Positions 1-12,836 of a stretch of DNA of 64,000 nt are shown here, piece by piece; position 1 is the stretch's first letter, and each line of letters begins with the position of its first letter. The DNA is taken from assembly GCA_964304625.1 (NCBI GenBank), contig OZ199838.1:2231329-2295328 (forward strand), read 5' to 3'. The stretch comes from Kudoa neothunni (Eukaryota > Animalia > Cnidaria). The translations under genes and the position numbers were made by a program. The notes beneath the pieces are model-generated. The model did no database searches and had not been told where the DNA came from. It was given only the letters and a program-made list of their open reading frames with translations.

Positions 1-1784
1 CGCTAAATTTAATCATGCGGTAAAGGCAACAAGATAAGCACGACCAGGCCACATGTGACTTTTTATTTTTTCGTTTATTCGTAGTAATTATACTTATAAA
101 TTGTTTAATTTGAGTAATTTTAACATTAAATAATTTTCAAAATAATTTATATATGAGATAATCTTTTATTATGTAAAATAAATAATGTACGTACGACCGG
201 CCCATTACTGTATATATGTGTGTGCGTTATATAAATTTTTAATTCCAATCTTTTCACATGGTGAATTTAATTCTTATTGACACGCACATAAATTTTAAAT
301 GTGGTGGCTATTTGTGTAATAAATTTTAATCCTAACTGATATGTGTCCACCCCTTTGATAAGTTTTTAATCACAGCAACTGTTACTCAAAAACTGTAGAC
401 AGATTTAAACTTTTAGATTCGGTTATATTTAATTATTTCTGACCAGGAATACTTAAATATAATAAATAGTAATGATTATTGAATATTATTAATCGTGCCA
501 AAAGCCACTTTCTTGATTAATACAAAATAATAATTGACTGTATTTCAATTAGACTATTGCCAACTTTGGTTGTTAAGCGGCAGTCGTTTAATATCAGATG
601 TTTAGATATTTAATTTTTCGTGAATTTTAATTTGTATTTTCTAATTATAGAATTAAGTGATTCATTTTTATCTTAATTTTTAACTGCTAACGCCTAAAAA
701 TTTAATCTTAAATTAAGTGCACGTTTGCCTAGCCCCCCCCCCTTTTTAATCATCCAATGTTACATTCATACTTTATAAGGAAATGTGGAAAGGTTCGCGT
801 GTAATATATTTCTGTTGTGAATTATTTCTGACTCGTTACTTTGCTCATACGAAGTAGAAATAATTTACCGTTCGAATAACCACATACCAAGGGAATAATT
901 GTGTATGAGCCAATAGATATTACCTGTATATAATAAATGACTTATAATAAATGACTTATAATAAATAAAAGTAATTTAGCTATGTATCATAAAAATTTGA
1001 CTTTTTTGTTAATTCTTTTTTCCGCAACAAAATGGGTATTTTAAGCCTCAGCATAATTATTTAAAAAACATTAATTTATTGACCACCATTCTTTATTTTG
1101 AATTTATGATTAAATTATTAATAGTTTTCTGTTAATATTACTCCTACAGATAACTTTGCTCGTTGTTATGTATTACGGTTAGGAGATTTGAATGATTAAG
1201 TCAGTTTGAATGAGTTACGCAATAACAAAGTTGTAATATCAATAATAAAACTTTCATTTGTGGCATATATTTGAATCAATAAGCTTTTAAATAAATAAAA
1301 GCTTATATTCAAAAAGGAGGTATTATATTACATTTAATGAAGAAGACCCAACTTAAAATCTAATTACACATTGTGGGGGATTTTATTTAATTGATTAATT
1401 TAAACGTATTGTCCCAGTTTTATTCGTTAAATATTACATTAACAATTTTAATATAATTAATTAAAAAAAGTAATTGTTCTTGAGAACAATGTAAATAGGT
1501 GATATTTATTTTTACTTTTTAATTATCAACATCTATCATCTATAAATAATATGTAAATAAACAGGAGTTGTCGTGATTAATGTTTGCTGATCCCATTTAA
1601 CATTACATAATTTGTTAAGAATTGCCATAACGAATTATTAAATTGATAAATGACGATAATCTAATTAATTTCTGCTAATATTTGTATTAACAATATTTTT
1701 CATTTTATTAAATATTAAGTAAATTTATATCGATTATTGCTGAATTAGCTGTTTAACAATCATTGAACAAGTTTTTTTGTATAG

Positions 1785-2468
1785 TACTCAAGACTCTTGT
1801 ATATTTTTGGAATTGGATTAAGCCAATCGTTGATCTCGCCTTTCCTGACTATTGTGTGGAATATTTACTTTTTTTCCGCATACATCACATACACGTTCCT
1901 GGAGTTATTCATCAACCGTCGAACCTACTCTTACAAAGGTCTATTTTGGATTAGTACCCTAAATTGGATGACCGTCTATCTGGTGATCTTCCAATTGATG
2001 ATGATCGGCTTGTTTGCCATCAAAGAAGCAAGTCAAATCAATTTTGTGGCTATTCCTTTACCAATTTTCACTATGATTCTCCATATGTTTATTAAAAGTC
2101 TTTTCACCTCAAAATATCTCACTATGAATTTGGAGACTCTCAGGAAAATCCCAGAAGCAACCATAAATCAGCTTGAGGTATTTAATTTTAATAATCTTAC
2201 TTTAAAAAAATACATTTTCATATAAATTATAAATTACTGGGCAAATTATTTTTCTACTAATTAAATTTAGGCCATCAAAAAAAATTATGACATACGAGAA
2301 AACCTACCAAAAAAAGGGAGTTTGAGTATGTTCTCCATTCCTAAGCGGTTCCGTCATCAAATCAATCACAAATTGGAATTAAGGATATTTCGTCAGTTGG
2401 AACAGTTTTGTCGACAGTTGAAAGACGAGAAAAACAACGAAACCGAAAATGATCCAACAATCGATTAA
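1785..2468 (+). CDS. TMEM63/OSCA (CSC1-like) channel, last two exons (1785-2177, 2271-2468); 5' part lies upstream of the window
   Basis: Hydrophobic multi-TM translation with RSN1_7TM-like motif Y.YKGLFW...YLVIFQLMMIGLFAIKE. Acceptor TAG at 1784, GT-AG intron 2178-2270, stop TAA at 2466-2468. Confidence 0.75.
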
Positions 2469-2570
2469 ATGTATTAAAAAAATTTTTACGTTTTTTTTCT
2501 CACGCAAAAAATGTTATTTTATCAAATCAAACCACACATATCTAATAGCTTAAGAGTGCACTATATAAGA

Positions 2571-4666
2571 CTAGTTTTTGGGTGAGCTATCGTCACTTGA
2601 GGTGGATGTATTTTCAGATTGACCAGTTGAAGCAGAGGATGACGCAGTTTGTTTTTCAGCTGCCTGCTTTTGAGAGACATCATTTTTCATTCGCATAAGC
2701 ACATCTTCCAATTTTCCAGCTGTTGTTCTAATATTGTTGCCATCAGTGTAGTCGGTAGAGAGCATAGGTTGCGCTTCGGCAATTATTGCCTTGGCAGCTT
2801 CAACGTTAGAGGGTTCAATTTTATCGGTGTTATTAGAGATGAATCTTTCAGAGTCGAAAATAATTGAATCCAGTCTGTTTCTACTCTCTACAACCTCCAA
2901 ACGTTTTTTATCTTCAGCGGCATGTTTCTGAGCTTGTAGAGCCATCTCCTCAAGCTCCTTACTAGACAAACCACCAGGATTCTGTTTTAATGTGGCAGTG
3001 GCAACAGTTCCACTAGTTTTCTCCACAGCGGTAACATTCAATAGACCGTTATTGTCAATATCGAAAGTGACTTCAATTTTTGGCACACCTCTAGGCATCA
3101 ATGGAATATTCGACAGCACAAACTGGCCAAGACGGGTATTCTCATGGGTAAACAAACGTTCACCTTGGAAAACTTCAATCTCTACCCGATCTTGATTATC
3201 CGCAGAAGTGGTAAAAATTTTGGTTTTGGTGGATGGTATGGTGGTATTTCTATCGACTAGGTTCACTTGAACATTACCAACAGTGTTGACACCCAACGAC
3301 AAACTGGTGACATCAAGCAACACCAAATCAGTCACATTTCCTGTGAGAACACCACCTTGGATGGCAGCACCAACTGCAACTGCTTCATCAGGATTTACCC
3401 CCTTAGAAGGTTGTTTGTTGAAGATTTTGGCCACCATTTCTTGCACTTTTGGTACACGAGTCATACCACCAACCAGGATCACCTCGTCAATCTCGTTCAA
3501 ACTAACACCGGAATCTTTCACAGCAAGCTCACACGGTTTAACTGTCTTTTTAATGAGATCTTCAACTAGCATTTCAAATTTGCTTCGAGTCATAGTTGTT
3601 TGGAAACTATTGGCTCCAATGAGATAGGGTAGATTGACCTGAGTGCTTGATGAGAACGATAACTCAATCTTGGCCTTTTCTGCAGCCTCGCGGATACGTT
3701 GAAGTGCCATAGCATCTTGACGAGCATCAGTGTTAAATTTTTTCTTGAATTCATCACACAAATAGTTCACAACAATCAAATCAAAATCCTCACCACCAAG
3801 ATGAGTATCACCATTGGTGGCCTTCACCTCAAACACACCTTGTGACATCTCCAGAATCGATATATCAAAAGTGCCACCACCCAAATCATACACTGCTATG
3901 GTTTTGGTTTGGTTAGCCTTGTTGATACCGTAAGCTAGAGCAGCCGCAGTTGGCTCATTGATAATTCTTGCTACGTTTAATCCAGCGATCTTTCCAGCAT
4001 TTTTGGTGGATGCTCGTTGTGATTCATTAAAATAAGCCGGCACTGTGATAACCGCATTCTTCACATCCATTCCTAAATATGACTCTGCTGTTGACTTCAT
4101 CTTAGTTAAGATATAGGCTGCGATTTGAGATGGTGAATACTCCTTGCCGTGAGCTTTGAACCAGCAGTCATTATTTTTGGGGACAATAGTATATGGTAAC
4201 GATTTTAAATCTTTCTGAACAGCTTCATCGCTGTAAAGATGACCAATGTATCGTTTGGTAGCATAAAATGTATTCTTGCTATTGGTGACAGCCTGACGAC
4301 GAGCTGGTTCACCAACCAGTGGAGGTGAGCTAGCATCTGTAAATGCTACCACTGATGGAGTTGTACGAGAACCTTCAGCGTTTGCAATCACTTTCGACTC
4401 AGTTCCTTCCATTACTGCAACACATGAGTTTGTGGTTCCAAGATCGATTCCAATAATAGGTCCTTGCAATTTGCTTGAACTAAAATCATTGGATTCATTT
4501 TCAAAATCCACCACACACCTCACACTTACCACATACGAGCGTATCCACCAACAAATGGTTTAATAAACCCATTCTAAATTACCAATTATTAACATACACC
4601 AAAAAGTAAAATTACTAGGCCTAAAATTGATAGCTTGTTTAAATTACGCCCTGCAAACCCCAACAT
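2571..4666 (-). CDS. HSPA9: Mitochondrial HSP70 (mortalin). Exons 4666-4616, 4573-4530, 4479-2571
   Basis: IGIDLGTTNSC, DLGGGTFDISILE, GDAW-equivalent NDCW, AIQGGVL and EVFQGER (DnaK/mitochondrial type); no EEVD or KDEL terminus. Two short 5' introns restore an acid-free, Arg/Lys-containing presequence MLGFAGRNLNKLSILGL-NGFIKPFVGGYARMC. Confidence 0.93.
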
Positions 4667-4720
4667 CTGAGAAAAGGATCACGTTGTTTTGGTCACATGA
4701 TTATTAAGATATCCATCACG

Positions 4721-4738
4721 TTCTGGACGATTCTGGAA
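4721..4738. promoter_or_regulatory. Heat shock element upstream of mtHSP70
   Basis: TTCtgGACgaTTCtgGAA = four alternating nGAAn/nTTCn units with one mismatch, 55-72 bp upstream of the HSP70 ATG. Confidence 0.6.
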
Positions 4739-6397
4739 TTCAACATCAGTCTTATTTTCTATTTTAGTCATATAATGGAGGAATTAATTAATAAAATCAA
4801 AACGTATAATAAAATAGTCAGAGGGGGCAATCATGTGATAGGACAGTTAGAGAGCAATTTGATTTGGAAAGTTAATCCTGTCATGCTCAGACATTTAAAA
4901 TGCGGATTATAAATTAATAGGATCATATTCAAATTTAAACCCGTGATTTTTTCATCTCACTTGATTCCTAAATAAAGACAATTTTACACTACGAATTATA
5001 ATAATTATCTGATGATATTCTCGGATTTATTTATTTAAAGTAAATATTTTTATGTATACTGGTTAATCTGCTACAGCTTAGCAAATAGTACGTTGTTACA
5101 AACATTTATTCTATTGTTATCCAAGGGTTTATTTTCGATCTAAGTCGAAACTATTTATTTATAATAATACAAATGTTTCATAATGGTTAATTTTTACAAA
5201 TTTCTTAGTGGATATTTACATGGGATTACATGGTTATAAATTTTTATGTATTTGGAATGAGAAAACAATTAAATCCATAATAATTAAATCTTATCAATAA
5301 TAAAGAACTTATAAGCTGGCATATAAATTATAAGATTATTGCGATGTGAAGGTTTCCCAGAGTCCTCTAAAATTCCCATAAAACGAGTTTCCACCTTCCA
5401 AAAATTAATTCTTAGGTTGTAAAAGTGGTATACGTTGTATATAGAGAAAGAGACATGGTTTTTTATTAGCGGAAGATCAATATAAATTGTTAATTAGTGG
5501 TGAGATACATCATCAAAAATTTTGTCATTCCGTGGGAAATAGTTGGTCAATTTTGTGTGCTAGTCAACACTCTTTGGTTACAATCCCTTAATAAGCTAAT
5601 GCGTTAATATCTAAAGTCATTCTTAATATATCAACTCAAAAATAAGAATTATATTTGGTATTTTTAGTTATTTTAACGGCCGATTCTTTTAATTAGATAG
5701 TAGAAGGTACTGTTTTAAAATTTAAATGTAAATTTTAATCTGGTAAGATGAGTACAGATTACTTAGTCCATATGGAATGGGTGTTGTTGAAAATTGATAA
5801 CTAATGAAATAAAGATAATTATCTCCTAATTCTTCCTTTATATTTTAAAATAATTTAGAATTAAATAAGGGGAATATTTCAATCTTATAGAGTATATTAA
5901 TAAATTTGGGTAAACTCCGGACTGCGCCGTTTATTTCTAATGTGGATATTTATGGATTGAATAAATTAATTTTTTATGGTATTCTCATATTTTATTAACT
6001 GTATGACATTATAAACATAATAGATTCATTTACTTCTTTCATTATAATTATTTAATATTATTTTTTTTGTTTGAAACAATATTGAGTAATAAAATATCAG
6101 TGAAAATATGTGTAAAACAATAGCTTTGCAATTATTTTCAAATTTTTTAAACTCTCGGCACACTTTTGAAATAAAATGAAACCAAAGGTGATTTCGCCAT
6201 TAAAAAATTTTTTAAACGTTTGATGGAATAAACACACAGATTTTGGAGTAATTTAAGGTGATAAACGTTCTTACGACATTTTAAAAATGACTAATCAATT
6301 TTTAACGCACCTTAAATAAATCAGTTACAAAATCATTATTTAATACAATTATTACAGGCTCTATAACGTTTAAATGAAAAATAACTTATGTTTATCC

Positions 6398-6406
6398 TTT
6401 ATATAA

Positions 6407-6441
<35 letters not shown>

Positions 6442-6490
6442 AAGGAGGACCGTCGGTATGTGTGTGTGTATGTGTATGTGTCAGTGTGTG
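6398..6490 (+). repeat. (TA)n followed by a (TG)-rich microsatellite; resembles a non-autonomous Helitron-like 5' end, followed by a hAT-like terminus CAGGGTTGGCA at 6491
   Basis: tatatata...aaaggaggaccgtcggtatgtgtgtgtg; the same head architecture occurs at 15896 and 35994. Confidence 0.45.
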
Positions 6491-7854
6491 CAGGGTTGGC
6501 AGACGATTTTTGTAAATCGTACCAAATAATGTAATAGAGACATACCAAAAAATTCAAAATCGTACTAGAATTTTAAAAAAGTATCATATTTTAAAAATAA
6601 TACAAAAAAATATAATTCAAGAAACCGTAAACTAATCAAAACAGAAAAAAAAGTGGATAGGATCTATTTATATATGCAAATAAACATTTTCGATTATGAA
6701 TATAAAAAAACCAAAGAATAGATGTCTTCTTACCAATTCAAATCTCCCAACAACCATACGAACAACCAATCATAAGCAAATTGGATCTAGACTTTAAAAA
6801 GTCGGTGAACGATTTTGGTCGATATCACCTATCACATTAACTGTAAAATAACATTTTTTGAAGTTTCATGTTTGATTTGAGTACCATAAATATTAAAAAA
6901 AATAATTTGGCAATTTTTTCGAGTTTAGGTCAGTAATTAGCTAGTTTATTCTTAAAAAACAAACTATTTATGAAACCAAAAATAGAAATTTTAATGAAAA
7001 ATATCATATAAAATATAACCAGTTATTATCCGGATCGGTAGCTTACATAATAACCATAACATGGCTTGCTTCTAAATTTAATTTCCCATCTCTGTTATAG
7101 TTGAATTCATTATGACATAAAAATGTTGTCATTAGGCTCTCACAACCGATCGAAAACAAGAGTTCGCACTAGTTCTATTTTGTAAAAAAATATTTCTCGA
7201 AAGAATTCCTTCGTGTTTTTAGCAAAATATAAAAATCAATTATTTTTTAATTTATAAGAAAAAAGTTTTTGGTACATAAAATCATTCAAAAATTAGACAT
7301 AAAGTTCGACAATTTCGAGAAAATTAACCAACATATTGTTCTATTCATTCGAATTAAAATGCCATATAACTTGAAACTTGCATATAATTGTTTAAAAAAA
7401 ATAATCAAATTTTACATATCATTATAAAAAGGTAAGTTTTCCAAATAAATTCCCACCACAAACATACGACAATACAATTTAAAGTCATCTAATTCATACA
7501 AAAAATAACTAAACGCAAAATTAAATGAAGCTAAATCTATCTCATAACTCAAAATAAAAGACTTCGGCTACTTAAAAGAACAAATTCAATTCCAAAACAT
7601 ATATGTATAGGTATATGTATAAATAGAACGTAATCTTTGTTTTTAAATTAACAGCCTACACACATTTTTAAAGTTGTTTAAGTATTTTTGATTTATTCCA
7701 TATAATAAATAAGATCAAAAACACAAAATAAAGTGCAGACACGTTCGATTGAATATTATTTTCAAGTCGATAGTCATTCCCACGACGATATGTCATGATG
7801 CGATTTAGAACGAATAATAAGTCGGATTACTGACGTGACCCTTATTTTGTTGTT

Positions 7855-9788
7855 ATGACTGTTGGTGTAGCGATTCTATTAGGTAATAGCAAAAATGGTT
7901 CACACCTCCGGCCCATATCGTTGGATATCCCGGTAGCGTTGTTTCCAATAGCTGGAAAGCCAATTATAGAACATCAAATAGATAATGCGGCCCAAGTGAT
8001 TAATTCTTCGTCACACAACCCCTAAATAAATTCTTTAGGTGAAAGAAGTTTCTCATATATTTCTTGTTGGTGGGTTCGGCAGGAAATTGGCAATAATCGA
8101 AGAATTGGTCGATAGAATGTCTATCGTTCACAAGAATATTCATTTTACGTATTTGGTTATTAAAATGTGCTAATTATGTTTCATTTAAAAAACCAATCAG
8201 TTACCTTGAACAAGACATGGAAAAAGTTTGTGGATCAGCTGGTGTGCTTCTTCAATTCAAAGATCAAGTTAAAAACTCAATGATTAAGCATTTGTTTATT
8301 GTGAATTGCGACGTTGTGTATCAATACGACTTTTCGAAAATGTACTCCTATTATTTGTGTCGTATCAACCGTGGTTCCAAGCCACATGATATCGACTCTT
8401 CAAACAAACTAAAGCATTGCGTTGCTGTGACAACGGTATTTTTAATTAATATTTTTCGTTAATTGTTGATTTTTTAAACAAAAAAATTATCTATAATAAA
8501 AAACTCAATCGATTAAATATTAATAAAAATATTAATAATTTTATTTATTAAATAATTAATAAGTAAAAGAACAATTAAAGGATTAATGTTGTTATGATTA
8601 ATATATTATATGATAATCTATTTGATTGAACCAATAAGATAACAGTAATAATATATCAAATGGTAATCTAGGTACCTGACGATTATACGCATTATTTTGG
8701 TGTTATTGTACTGTCTCCTGAAGAAAGCGATTTAGTTGTGCATTATGTGGAAAAACCTCACACATTTGTATCCAATACAATCAATTGTGGAGTGTTTTTG
8801 TGCGATATTTCTATACTCGAAACAATTGAAGATCTCTTCAATAAAAAGTTTACCTACTATTTATTAAAATAGAAAAGAATCGACACAATTTAGGGAAAAA
8901 TTAGACAAATGTCAAGTAAGGACCTTGGATTTATTCCGAGCAGTCTTGCCGCTGGTGGTAGCTGACAGCGAATGTTTTTCATTCGATATTGGGGGTTCAT
9001 TCGTTAGAATTAAAGGAGCTGGGTAAGATTAGTCTATTTACTAAGTGATGCTAATAGGTAACATCTGTGATTATTATAGAAGTGCTCTGTTTGCGAACCA
9101 GTTACTCCTGGAAGGAAATCCTCGATCGAACCCCTATCTTACGCTTGTTTCCCAAAAGAACCAATATAACGAAGAAAATGGAAGTAGATTAAGTTCTACT
9201 AGATCGATCTAATTTAATTAAACAAATAGAACCATCCTATGTTGCAGTATCGCCCACAGCTAAAATAGATCGTTCGGCAAAGATTGGACCTAACGTATCT
9301 ATCGGGGGAAATTGTATTGTTGATGCAGGTGTACGTATCTCAAATGCAATTTTAATGGATGGTTGTATTGTTGAGGTGAGGCGAGGCGAGGCGAGGCGAT
9401 GTGGAGTTGCATCCAAAATGCACCACACATATTATAAACATAACTCACTTTAAATTTAGAAAAACAGCTTGATAAAAAATGCGATTATTGGCAAACATAA
9501 CGTTGTAGAGCCGTGGAGTAGGATCGAAGGGTCGCAACTTACAACTCTTTACGACGCTCTTGTGCTCAGTAATAGAGACAGCATTTTCAACGAGAAAGGA
9601 ATGCTTCAACCAAGTCCCGCTATACTAGGTAACATTATTTGTTGTTTGAATGGATTCATTTTAAAATGTTAACAATTACAAAAATAGGCAACGATGTGCG
9701 TGTGAAGACCACCACTGCAATATACAACACGATAATAATGCCGCACAAAGAAATATCAGGAAACCATTGCAATGAAATTATTTTATAA
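7855..9788 (+). CDS. GMPPA: Mannose-1-phosphate guanyltransferase alpha (non-catalytic regulatory subunit), multi-exon
   Basis: Spliced translation gives LRPISLDIPVALFPIAGKPIIEH, HYVEKPHTFVSNTINCGV, IKGAGSALFAN, KIGPNVSIG, WSRIEG and C-terminal NEIIL*, all matching GMPPA. Confidence 0.88.
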
Positions 9789-9800
9789 ACACATAAACAT

Positions 9801-11012
9801 CTATTTGTTACTCCACAAATTCACACCATCATTGCTTGCAGTCAATAGACAGCTGTTGTTAGAGTGATCAGGATGTAGCGTTAACGCATACACTACACCA
9901 TTATGAGCTTTAATTTTTTTAACTATACTGCCAGAAACAACATCCCATAAGTAGAGATAACCATCTTCACTACCGCTCACAACAAACGAATCGTTGAACG
10001 CAATGTCACATTGAATTTTGAATTTTTCACTTTTAAGACCATCAAATCTAATTAAAATTGTTATAATATATTGTTAAACTTTTGAAAACACTTGTTTAAT
10101 ATATTTCCGTTCACTGCATCCAAAAGAACAATAGAATTATTTGATAAACAACCCAATATGCTGTTATCATCCAGTACAAACTTTGAACATGAGATAGGGA
10201 AACCAATATCATCCTTAATGAGTTCTCCTTTACGTATATCGTAAGTTCGAAAACATCCATCAACTGACCTATTAATTAAAATTTAAAAACTCAAAAAGCT
10301 GCGCACCCGTGACGGGATTCGAACCCGCGATCCTCAGATTAGAAGTCTGATGCCTTATCCGCTGGGCCACACGGGCCAACTCCAGGTTTTGGTGGAAACG
10401 ATTAAAATATATTCATCAAAATTACCCCAACAATATCCTGCTACCCTTTATATCTATTGAAAGAACTGCATCCTTGGACTGGTTGAGAACTTGAACAGGC
10501 TTACTGCTACGTGATAACATATCCCAAATGCAAGCTGTATTGTCAGATGATCCTGATACCATAATCGAACATTCATCACAATTATACATCACACAGTTTA
10601 CTTGCTGAAAACATCAGATTAAGAGATGAAAAAGATAAACATGTGACATACAGCATGATGATGACGAAATCGACGTAATGCTTGACCAGTCATCACATCC
10701 CAAACAATAACACTCTTATCGATAGATCCTGAGACTATCTGGCTGTTATCCGATGTGGAAATAGCATCCAGAACCTCCAAGTTCCAAAAAGTTAAACAGA
10801 TAACAATTTTAGAACAAATATAACACCTCATGACCATGACCAGAATAAGTTTTAAGACACATATTTTTGAAGGGATTCCACAATTTGACAGTTCTGTCGG
10901 ATTCGCTGGTTATGCAGTATTTTCCATCTTTGTTAAAATGGACATTTCTAACTATTGAGTTATCAGGTTTTAAAGTATGTTGTTTGATTAGGTCAGGGCC
11001 GTTTTCTTGCAT
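9801..11012 (-). CDS. WDR83: WD repeat protein 83 (MORG1), 5 exons
   Basis: FNKDGKYCIT..SDRTVKLWNP, KTYSGHGHEVLDA, WDVMTGQALRRFRHH, PVQVLNQSKDAVLSI, GSVDG..RTYDIRKGEL. GT-AG introns restore the frame; stop TAG at 9803-9801. Confidence 0.9.
10304..10376 (-). tRNA. tRNA-Arg(UCU), intronless, nested in WDR83 intron 10269-10425
   Basis: 73-nt cloverleaf GCCCGTGTGGCCCAGCGGATAAGGCATCAGACTTCTAATCTGAGGATCGCGGGTTCGAATCCCGTCACGGGTG. Anticodon stem TCAGA/TCTGA, loop CT-TCT-AA, A20 Arg identity base, A and B boxes, T5 terminator 6 nt downstream. Confidence 0.95.
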
Positions 11013-11759
11013 TTGATTTTGCGCATGGAAACTTTAGAATTAAACATTTTTTCACATTGTGATTTTTTTTAACCTCAGATAAATCATGTTTATTACAAAT
11101 TTTGATGAGTCTTTCAATTATTCAATATATAGTAAATCGTATTCATTGTACTTATGAACATAACCAACACTCTAACCCAATATTTCCAAACCTTTTTCAA
11201 AAGCATTGATTTTCTAATTAAAACTTATTCGGTTAGATCTAAGTTAATTTATCGATGGATCTTAAAATTTAACATCTTTAGTTGTTCGCCTCGTCAAAAA
11301 CAGCATTAAGGGAAACTCGCGCGATCCAGATCCAACCTGGATTAGGCAAGACCTTCGTGTATACGGGGTTAATAAACCGAAAATAAATGATTTAAATAAA
11401 AAATTAATAAATATTATATTACGTAAAATCAAAAACAGAGGTGATCACGACTATGAATGCTATTTATTTTTATATAATTAGTCATTGCTTTTGGTATTGT
11501 TACATGATATTCATTGTCATTTAAAATTAAACGATATCAACAATTGAGGTAACGATTTCAAAAGTTTGATGCCCACCAAAATTGGTCTACGTCGCACCGG
11601 TGGGGCGTGGTCCCCGCGTTGGTAAACAATGATACAGAGCAAACATGATTTTAGGAAACTAAAAATACATTACTGAGACGAAAAACTTTTACATTCAAGT
11701 TAATCATAAATAGGCCAAGATGCGAAATACAATCTATTAAAATGTAATTTTTTTGATAT

Positions 11760-12836
11760 ATAAATTACTTCGAAATTTTTGCCTAATTCCTATTCGACTA
11801 CAGTCGGATACACGTGTAATTCATACCGGTTTGCAATAACCACCGAAAAATAGCTGATTAATCGTTTATTTTTTTCTAATTAGTAAACTATAACTATTAT
11901 TTAAATTGCCTTAATATTTACATACAAAATTTAGAGTAGCAAACCTTCTAAATAAGCATGTCCAATATTAAGAAGTAATGTGTCATCTATCTTTATTCCT
12001 AAATGTCAAATGAACTTTTAAACTATTTAATAACATCTATAATTGTTTATTTTAGTTTATAAATTTTTATTAATACATTTTTACCAGTGAAGTAATTTTT
12101 ATACACCAATTACTTGCGAAATTGAAACTAACAATAATAATATTAATTGTACATTGATATTTTTGGTTTTAAAATTGAAGAAAGGCACTAATTAAAAATA
12201 TTTCAATACGTATTTTATTTATCTGAATATATTAAATTGGAGAACTTATACAAATAGTAACTCGTATATTTATCTATTTATTTTTTAAATACGACATAAA
12301 GTATGCGGTTAATGTACATAACAAAATTTGCTTGTTGGGACAAAAATATCTGTTTTAATCAAATAATATTACATTATTGTTAATTTTGTTGTTGAACCAA
12401 CGAAAGCCATACTAGAGAAAAAATTACCTTAAGTCGTTATTCCTTGGAAGATAAGTAATTTTTATATCGGTAACTAATGACACAGTCAATGTGATTTCTC
12501 CCATAGCATGGAATTTCTGTTATTGGTCTCCTTACATTTAATTTTCTCTTTTTTAAAGTAGAGGTTTCAAAATTCCAACAATTAAAGCATCTTTTGTAGC
12601 AACTTTAAGGTAATCCTTTGATACTAACTTGTAAAATAACTTATCATGATAATTAATTGAACAGAAAAATTTAATATCGTTTTTATTAAAAATAATATAA
12701 AATATAAATTTTAGATAGTTTACAAAATATGTAAATAATGAGCTGTTTTTCGGTGGTTATTGCAAAACGATATGGATTACACGTGTTCCTGACTGTAGTC
12801 GAATAGGAATTTGGCAAAAATTTCGAAATAATTTAT
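11760..12836. mobile_element. Non-autonomous element with ~100-bp terminal inverted repeats (MULE/foldback-like MITE)
   Basis: 11761-11860 (cgaaatttttgcctaattcctattcgactacagtc...aataaccaccgaaaaatagct) is the reverse complement, with scattered mismatches, of 12740-12836. No clear TSD. Confidence 0.7.

Noticed and set aside
2649-3627. Plus-strand ORFs overlapping HSP70; likewise 57119-58676 over mitofusin
   Set aside because: Antisense shadows of real coding sequence, well known for HSP70.
10339-10345. Possible amber (CUA) suppressor reading of the tRNA loop
   Set aside because: The TCAGA/TCTGA stem fixes the 7-nt loop CTTCTAA, giving anticodon TCT; A20 supports Arg.
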